Origin: Amoebidium appalachense | Lineage: Eukaryota > Protista > Ichthyosporea | Length of the DNA: 64,000 bases | Assembly (NCBI GenBank): GCA_963693365.1 | Contig: CAVNZM010000001.1 | Coordinates: 12,674,161-12,738,160, forward strand | Direction of reading: 5' to 3' | In this document: one piece after another, positions 55,203 through 64,000 of the stretch | Position numbering within the stretch: the stretch's first letter is position 1 | Layout of the letters: the number at the start of each line of letters is the position of its first letter | The notes under the pieces: model-generated | What the model was told of the DNA's origin: nothing | The model's input: only the letters and a program-made list of their open reading frames with translations | The model's database searches: none | Program-made: the position numbers and the translations under genes

Positions 55203-56573
55203 TTAGCAAGGGCCGCAGTTTGGCCGACAACGTTTACTGGCAAATGTATTTACATGTGGTTCGGCTATATACAATATATTATCTTTAGAAGCATAAATGC
55301 TACAAATTATTGATGCAGGATATCTTCTGAGCAACTTGTGATTTTCTCAAAGGTGGTGCACATCCACAGCGCATGGCATTCCTCTGCTGGTGCCCCACGA
55401 CCGGCCATTATTCATGGATATCGGTCAACTCATGGGTCACCCTGACACCCTCCCACCGGCCGTAGGCCACTAGTCTACAGCAAGAGTAATTTATAGATTC
55501 TAATTCTAAACTGCAAAGGATAAAGCATTGTTATGCATTGAAATTTCTTTCTGTGTGTTTTTTTTTTTTTTTTTTTTTTTTTGCCCTAGACTGGCATTCG
55601 CAATGATCTGCGACCGATCGATTGACCGCCCGGCCGGGGTCGCGAAGCCTTGCCTAACACGTACTGACGTGTTGCCGCACGTGCGACGTTATACATCTAC
55701 TCAGGCGGCAGTAAAAAAAAAAAAAAAGAAAAAAGAAAGGAGACACCGCCTCAATAGGTGGTAGAAGCCTTGCAGCACACCGCCAAAAGTACATATGTAC
55801 GCGGCAGGTCCACACACTATACCGTTCAACTTCTTTGCTTCTTAACTTTTTTGTAGACTTTCTCATGACTAGTACTGCGCGTATATTTCTAACAAGCTAA
55901 TTACTGTATAAAGTACTTACACAAAAGCGCCCAGCAGCTTAGCCACTCTACATAGGTCATGAGTTTCAGCCTGTCAGACCTAAAGTAGCGCCCTGTGCAC
56001 ATGCTCTTCCATAATGTCACGGTTGGACCCGTTTTGTGACATTATCATGGGTAGAAAAAGTGGGAGGGAGAAAGAAAGGGACTTAGAAAGATTGAGAGCG
56101 ACATACAGAGCGAAGGAAAAAGACAGAGATTTGCAAGCAGGTAGACAAGTCGTAGAGCCCGGAGGTGGAGAAAGGTGAAAGGAGGGAGGTAGGGATTGAG
56201 AGGAGAGAAGGGGCGGGGCGAAACTTTGAAGGAAGAAGAAAGGGAGGGGAGGCGGAAAGGAGGAAAGATCTTGTCAATAAAAAAAAAGAAGAAAAAAGGA
56301 GACTATGGGGACGGAGAAGTTCTTTTTTTTTTTTTTTTTTTTGGGTGGGGGGGGGGGGGGGGGGAGGGGGGGGGGGGAGGGGGGGGGGGGGGGGGGGGGG
56401 GGACTGAAGGCAGGCATACAGGCAAGAGGGCCCTGAGCACCCTGGCCGATATATATAGAAACAGGTACACGCGTACGGGACTAAACTACAGGGATGACCT
56501 AGCAGAGAATGTAAGTCAAGGGGAAAACAATAAGGTAGTACGGGAAAACGTTGTGTGTACGCTTGTGAAAGGG

Positions 56574-56607
<34 letters not shown>

Positions 56608-56612
56608 GCGGC

Positions 56613-56663
<51 letters not shown>

Positions 56664-56850
56664 CGTGCGTGTGTGAGTGTGTGCGTGTGTGTGTGTGTGT
56701 GTCTTTGTGTGTGTTTGTGTCTGTGCCTGTTAAATTGTATAAGTAATTTGAGATGAAAGCAGAGACACAGTGGTGCAGTGTGAAAACACCACAGACACAC
56801 ACAACAACAAAACACGGAACGATCGGAGCAGTGTACACAACAGACATCAA

Positions 56851-57663
56851 TGTTTAGACACGACTAAACTCAATTTATTTTGATCTCGAATAAATACCTG
56901 AAATTCCCTTAAGTTAAATCCATACATGATTTCCGACCAGTCGGAAATCAGATCTATGTCTAAAATAACCAATCACAATTAACTGATTATTTCCCCGGAT
57001 AGATCCGGAGACACAGGAACGCACACCATAGGTCACAGCTATAAGAAAGAAATGAGGTGAAGAGTAACGAGGAAAGAGGTGATGTTTCTAACCTATCATC
57101 GGCTACAAAGACTCAGACATTTTCTGACTAAGTCCACTGATTGGATATAGTACGGCAACACACAAAACAAAAGTGGTTGACTAAGCTATGAATCATACCT
57201 GACAAGCTAAAGTGTAACCTAAGTGTTTTTCTACCAATCAAAACATAACGAGTAATATAAATCTACTCAACGTATATTAGTGAGAGAGAAATATAATTAT
57301 GTGAAAGGAAACAAGAGAAGAAAGAAAGAGAAAAGAAAGAAGAAGAAAGAGGAAAAAGAAAAGAAAGCAGGACAGAAAACACGAACATGAAAACACAGTT
57401 ATAACCGAAGATATTCATGTACACATAACATGTACACGTTTCTCCCTCACTGGGTAGACTCGTGTACCTATAATCAGTTGCTGTAATCGATATCTAAACA
57501 CACGAATATAGCCGACACAACACGATTACAAGTACTCAAATACACTGGAGATCGATGTCATAATTTACGTACAAGGAGCACATCTCTTTCACTAAGTAAA
57601 TGAATGAAAACATAACACGAACTGAGAAGATCTTACAATATGTGAATACTACGTATTACAACA
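56851..57663 (-). mobile_element. Putative 3' LTR of the copia element
   Basis: On the minus strand a purine tract (AAGTGGGGA) is followed by TGTTG at 57663. The left boundary (TGTTT at 56851) is a guess because the 5' LTR is outside the window. Confidence 0.35.
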
Positions 57664-58433
57664 TCCCCACTTAAGACTTTGAAGTTTGTGTTATCATATC
57701 CCCACTGAACTAGTGAAATCTCCCCACTTGAGAACAGAAACGGAAAAAAAAAATTAAAGTGTGGACTTTTCCCGGGGGGGGGGGGGGGGGGGGAGAAGGG
57801 GGGGGGGGGGGGGGGGGGGGGGGAAGGGGGGGGGGGGAAGGGGGGGGGGGGGGGGGGGGGGGGGGAAGGGGGGGGGAAGGGGGGGGGGGGGAGGGGGGGA
57901 AGGGGGGGGGGGGGAGGGGGGGGAAGGGGGGGGGAAGGGGGGGGGGGGGAGGGGGGGGGGGGGGAAGGGGGGGAAGGAACCGGGGCAAAAACAACGAATA
58001 TATATAACGTGTATAGTCGGGGTTTGATTAACTGGGTTTTAAACCAGTGAAAGATAGAGTAGAGTCATGGTACAGGTCAAACCTTATATATAAACCCTAA
58101 GTGGGCATACCCACAAAGGCAATACATGAAATAATGATTATGATAAAGTAACTTGAAGTAGTAAACATGAGAAAATCACTCTTCAGTTGAAGTAGGACGG
58201 GTCAATCCACAATATCCGGTAAACAAAGTCGAGCACGATGGTGGACATGACTCGGGCCGGGGAGGGGTTTGGTGAGGATGTCAGCTAAGTTGTGGGCTGA
58301 CTCAACGTAGTGGACAACCACGTCCCCACTTGCAATGTAGTCCTTGGTGTTGTGATACCGGACGGCAATGTGTTTGGTACGGTGCTTGATGCCGGTGGAG
58401 TTGACGATGGCAATGGTGGACTGGTTGTCACAG

Positions 58434-61400
58434 TGTAAACAACTGTACACATGAACTGTACATGTTTACTAAAGAATGTGATCTACTAGCACACGATTCG
58501 TGCTTTGTCATGAATATCACATAAATATTATGTCCGCACCAATAGGACTCACTCTGACCTAAGAATTGAACCATATATGGTTCTTCAGCTGCATACCACA
58601 TAAACGAAGTGAACCAATAAGAGGTTTGCATAAATAGGACAAAGGTCTGACTGGCTCGGACCGCACCAGAATCACGAATGGCATGTTGCCACCCGCGCTG
58701 GCCGCGGATGAACCAATCCTGGGCCTTGATCCGAAACCTGGGGGCTATATAACAAAGCCGTCCCAGTACGGGGATCACATCAGTGAAGTCTGAGACAGAC
58801 TGAGTCGGCCCATAGTAAAAGCAACCTGGCCGCGTGTGCCTTTCTACCCGTTCTCTGTCTTTATTTTGATTCAGTTGTACTCTGCCTTATCCTAACTAGT
58901 CCAACTGTTTACATTGGCGACCGCGGCAGGACACTGTTATACATTGCCAACTGTTTACATTGGCGACCACGCAGTTCAAGAATCTCGAATCCTTCGAATC
59001 TCACATCTTTCAATCAGTTCAAGAATCTCACATCTTTCAATCAGCTCAAGAATCTCCCATGGCCGATCACAATCCTTATTACCCCGATGATAGGCACATC
59101 TTTCCTTGTCCGGCTTAGAATATATACACCGACAAGTTTGAAGTGGCCAGCCCACCTACACGGAAAGAATTGAAAGCATGTAAAACTTCTTTTGCTACGA
59201 CACATCAAAAATGTGAAGAAAAACGAATACACAACGAAACAACGAATACACGAACAAACGAATAAAGAATTGCTAACGAAGCAATGAACCAACGAAAAAC
59301 GAACCATCACGAATACGCAATGAAATAAAGAATTAACGACAAGCGAATGCATAGAGGAAATACGAAATGAATGCAACACAAAACAAAACAAAGTAACGAA
59401 GTTATCAAACGACAAAAAACGAAAAACGAAAGCAAAATGAAATGGAAATACGAAAATGAAAGAACGAATGCACAACACTGCTTGGGTTGCAATGCACACA
59501 GCCCCCTCTATGTTACGAAGAAAAGAAAACCGTTGCCCTTGCGTGCATTGCGCTATTGCACACTGTCATCGTGTCCATGCCACCGCATGCACCTCCACAC
59601 TCGCAAGCCAGATGCACGGCCACTTTCAGCACGAATGCATTTAAAGAAGAAGATAGTCGCTGTTCCTATAGCATTGAGGACATAAGGTGCTGTGAAAGTA
59701 GTTTTGCATGCATGCTTCGAATTTCTTGCTGTTTTCGAATACAGCATGCCCCATAGTTTAGCGCACAGGATGCACAACATGCGCATGAATGTATGCTGGC
59801 ATGCCTAAACACATTACGAACATATGCCTCGTGTATGGCGGCCCTTCCTGGTGCCACGCCCTAACGAATTTGCACTCTTGGTGCACAAAAGGCATGTAAT
59901 AAAGTCGATGCAGAACTTTTGTTCATGCATGTGAAAAACAAAGAAGGTGTTGGGTACGAATTTTAAGGTGAATGCCCGTCTGTGGCAATACTGTGTAACA
60001 TACCAATTACACTGTCAAGCCTTGCACTAGCTGCCGGCACACCCCCACCAGAACAAAAGAATGTGGTATGGGCACCGTTCCCTCACAACCCCAGCATACA
60101 GTGTCAGTATTTTGGCTGGAAGCCTTTCAGTTTCGAATTACGAATACCCTCCTTCACTACTGAAGAAAGTGACGTGGAAGACGAATACGAATACGAATGC
60201 AAGGTGTTGTTGACTAACACATCGGACCATCATGTGTACCTAGGCCCTGGTACGGAGGTGACCATGTTATTCCCTTGCAATATGATGACACTGTAACAAT
60301 TTAGCACGTGCATACCCCACCAATGGGCACATGCGGGAGACAACCCCACAAGCTGCCTTATTGGGCACCTCTGCTAAAACGAATATTCTTCTCACGAAGG
60401 AACAGAAGAATGCCACGAACACGAACCACACACCCCCCAGGCAGCTACTTACGTCTGATGTATGAAAGTAGTAGGTGTGTGAATGGGGTAACTACATGAA
60501 CACCAACACGAAAGCAAGCACAGCACAAAGCAGTTCCACGAATACGAATGGTTTTGGTACACACAATGAACAGAACCTACAGTAGGGCCACCTACAAAAG
60601 AAGCAGAGGATGGGGCACCATCCAGACCTGCACTGGAGGATATGAAGATACGAGGCGCGCTCACGAAGTTGCTTACAAAAGAAAGGGCGACTTTGACGAC
60701 TTTTCTTTTTAGGCCAAGCCTCCAGAAGAATGTATTATGCCTGGAATCCCCCTGCTCAACGAAAAATGGCTGGCAAATGGGATACGAAAACTGCTCACGA
60801 ATGGAAGCATGTGTTTTCTGAAGAAGACTTGCTCTGCCTACCCTCTTCTTATGAATTATGAACCGGGTTTTTAATGGTTCTGACGGGCTGATATATTTCT
60901 TTATGTCGCCCAACGAAGAACACTTAGGGCATTCTTATTCATGTTATTCCCGGCTCCGATGATGCAGGGTTAAAGCTGAAAGGAAAGAAGTGCTCTTTGT
61001 TCATGAAAGAAGTGGCTTTTCCGGCCATGGTGACTCGCCTTACAGTCTTAAGGTAGAACCGGGATAAGGAGCAGTGGCTAAGCCTTGAAGCTATCCACCA
61101 CTACCTGAGCTACGAAGTGACCTAAGGCTTGAGTTATATTCATTATCGAATGTTTGGTATGATCATTCATCCACACAACTAAATTACTCGCAATTGAAAA
61201 CGAATCTGCGGGAGTGTCCTAAAAAGGAAAAATTCCCCAAAAAGGAAAATATTACTTCTACAGAAAAGGCCAAGCACAGAGACGAAGCGAACAATCCGCA
61301 CGCACACTCTGCAACAATCTTCGCCACGAAAATGAAAACACAGAAGAATGCTGCATGAATTTGTGTTTTGGCAAATGAAGAAGTGCTCATAGACGTGCAC

Positions 61401-62020
61401 AACTCTATTCCACCGTCCTTGCTCTGTTCTGTCCAGCAGCTCGGCACACACAAGAATTCTCGCTGAAGGTTGTTTATCGCCTCTCAGCCTGGTGGTTTGC
61501 TTGTCTAACGACACCACCAGGCTCCCGACAAGGGGGGGAGTGTAAACAACTGTACACATGAACTGTACATGTTTACTAAAGAATGTGATCTACTAGCACA
61601 CGATTCGTGCTTTGTCATGAATATCACATAAATATTATGTCCGCACCAATAGGACTCACTCTGACCTAAGAATTGAACCATATATGGTTCTTCAGCTGCA
61701 TACCACATAAACGAAGTGAACCAATAAGAGGTTTGCATAAATAGGACAAAGGTCTGACTGGCTCGGACCGCACCAGAATCACGAATGGCATGTTGCCACC
61801 CGCGCTGGCCGCGGATGAACCAATCCTGGGCCTTGATCCGAAACCTGGGGGCTATATAACAAAGCCGTCCCAGTACGGGGATCACATCAGTGAAGTCTGA
61901 GACAGACTGAGTCGGCCCATAGTAAAAGCAACCTGGCCGCGTGTGCCTTTCTACCCGTTCTCTGTCTTTATTTTGATTCAGTTGTACTCTGCCTTATCCT
62001 AACTAGTCCAACTGTTTACA
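58434..62020 (+). mobile_element. Non-autonomous gypsy-derived LTR element nested in the copia RNase H
   Basis: 480-bp LTRs at 58434-58913 and 61541-62020 (TG...CA; no difference seen by eye), CACAG 5-bp [38 protein letters not shown], decayed RT remnant (EEHLGH...AGLKLKGKKC) at ~60912-61000. Confidence 0.93.
58915..58932 (+). promoter_or_regulatory. Primer-binding site complementary to the tRNA-Arg 3' end
   Basis: Reverse complement GTCCTGCCGCGGTCGCCA matches the 3' end of eukaryotic tRNA-Arg(TCG) plus CCA (recalled sequence). Confidence 0.75.
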
Positions 62021-64000
62021 CACAGTACACCGGAGTCGGGGCAAGCATGGGACAGCCGAGTTCCTTGAAGAGGTCACGGACCCAAGCAACTTCTTGGGTG
62101 CCAGCATTGAGAGCAATCAGCTCAGCTTCAGTGGTGCTGGTGGCCGTGATGGGCTGGAGCTTGGAGTACCAGATGATGGGCATACCAGCAAACTCGATAA
62201 TGTAGCCGGTGGTAGACTTCTTGCTGTCGGCACAACCAGCAAAGTCAGCATCCGTGTAGCATTCGAGTATGGGGGACTGGGTGGCCGAGTACTTGTAGTC
62301 AATGCCAAGGTCAATGGTGCCGAGCAGGTACCGGGCCACACGACGGAGAAGGTCCCAGTGAGTCTTGCCGGGGTTGGTGCTGAACCGACCAAGGAAGCCG
62401 ATGGCATAGGCAATGTCGGGACGTGTGCACCGGGCCACCCAGAGGAGACGGCCGAGTAACTCACGGTAGGGCACGGTGAACGGTTGGGGGGGGCAGTCAG
62501 CCAGGGAGACGGTGGTGCCTGCAGGGATGGGGGTAGACTTGGACTTGGCATCATGGTGAGGTTGAAGTCGTGGATGATATCCATGATGTAAGACCTCTGG
62601 TGCATGTGGAGGTGATGGGGATCAGAGTGATTAAAATCAACACCGAGCATACGGTCAAATGGACTCATACGACAGCTGGCCATCTTGCTGATGTGGGCAG
62701 CCAGGTCACTGGCAGCAGTAGAACCCCGGGTGTTGGTGATGGTGGAGTCGTCGACGTAGTTACCAGCCCGAACCACATCGTTGTTGGGGAAGAACCGGAG
62801 GTAGATGCACGGGTCGGTCTTAGTACGGGTCAGGCCATGGGCAAGAAGAATGCCGTCGAGGAAGTCGTACCAAGCCTTGGAGGCTTGCTTGAGGCCGTAC
62901 AGGGCTTTCTTGAGTCTCCAGACCTTGCCAAGTGTGGCCATGGTGATGAATCCCGGGGGTTGTTTCATGTAGATGGTCTCGGTGAGTGGGCTGTTGAGAA
63001 AGGCCGTAGACACGTCGAGTTGATGGATGTCATGACCTTCAACAACGGCCAGAGCTAGGATGGCACGGAGAGCAGCCGGACGGATGACAGGGCTCTCAAT
63101 CAACTCATAGTCAACACCGTATTGCTGACTGAAGCCTTGAGCAACACCACGTGCCTTGATCTTGGTGTCACCAGCCGAGTTGAGAGTTTTCTCGGAGACA
63201 ATCCACTTGAAGCCGACGATGTTAGCACCAGGGGGAGGGTCAACAAGTTCAAAGATGTCTTTGTCGACGAAGGCTTGATACTCAGCAGTCAGGGCTGACT
63301 TGACCTGGTCACCATTGGGTCCGGAACACAGTTGACGGACAAGTTTGGGTAGTTGGTCGATGTTGATGGGGGGACCGGGGGGACTGGGAGGGTGGTGGTG
63401 GCTTGAAGTCCAACCTTGCCCTGTAGACGGGCAGAACGACGGGGTGCAGGAACCGGGGGAGGTGGAGACGGTGGGGGGGGAACTTGGAAGTTCGGAAGTG
63501 CAGGGGGGGCAACCTCCGGGCTGGACGGGGCCGAGTGGAAGTTGTCGGGGGTGCCGGGTCGGATGGGTGTGACGTTGCCAGGGGCAGGATGAGGGTCGGC
63601 AGGCTGGACGGGCACGGGGGCAGGGGGGCCGGTGGGGGGGGGTGTCGGGGGAACTACGATGGCAGGAGGGGGGCCAGAGTACACCAGACAAACATCATCT
63701 TCAGTGTCAACTGTGGGGGGTGGGGTGGTCGAGGTAGCAGTGGTGTCGGGGGTCGGAAGTGTTGATGGAATGTCGGACGGGAGATAAGCTGATTCGTCGA
63801 AAATCACATCACGGAAGAGGCCGACACGATGGGTGGTGGGATTGAAAATCCGGTGGCAGTGTGATTGAAGATCATAGCCGATATACATGCCGAGTTTGAC
63901 GGTGGGGGCCAGCTTGTTCCGTTTAGAGGCTGGCACGTGAGTGTAGGCAGGGCAACCGAACACTTTGAGCTCGGAGATGTCGGGCTTGACACCGTAGAAA

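Larger units (their letters stand above)
58202..64000 (-). mobile_element. Ty1/copia LTR retrotransposon pol (integrase end, RT, RNase H), frameshifted and interrupted
   Basis: FGCPAYTHVP..KRNKL; KARGVAQGFSQQYGVDY, HQLDVSTAFLN, LKKALYGLKQA, YVDD; YTDADFAG, STTEAELIA, YC|DNQS, TKHIAVRYH, NLADILTKPL. Confidence 0.95.

Noticed and set aside
57775-57975. Long G runs as functional G-quadruplex arrays
   Set aside because: Ubiquitous in the window, and homopolymer lengths may be base-calling artefacts.
58428-58778. Duplicated 116/126-aa ORF (also 61505-61885)
   Set aside because: Antisense reading of the two LTR copies.
62470-63400. Copia pol frameshifts as programmed recoding
   Set aside because: They lie at or near G/C homopolymers; decay or sequencing indels are more likely.

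Overview
Intron-rich eukaryotic genomic DNA; the species cannot be determined from the sequence. Introns are filled with (CA)n, (CT)n and poly-C/G tracts, so most ORF-track entries are spurious. Manual splicing gives six protein-coding genes: the 3' end of an HMIT/INT-type myo-inositol transporter (+); a bestrophin-like channel (+); a membrane-anchored AppA/Agp-type histidine acid phosphatase with an in-frame TAG (+); a ~1468-aa multidomain protein (-); kynurenine formamidase (+); and an ELAV/Hu-like 3xRRM protein (-). The multidomain protein is the most unusual item. It strings together NadD/NMNAT-like, adenylate-kinase-like, mRNA-capping guanylyltransferase-like, Zn-finger and T4 Rnl1 RNA-ligase-like domains, all apparently lacking their catalytic motifs, and ends in an F-box. 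The right end holds MITEs (Tc1/mariner-like, PIF/Harbinger-like) and a Ty1/copia element whose RNase H is interrupted by a young, non-autonomous gypsy-derived LTR element. All domain calls come from recognising motifs by eye; no database searches were run.
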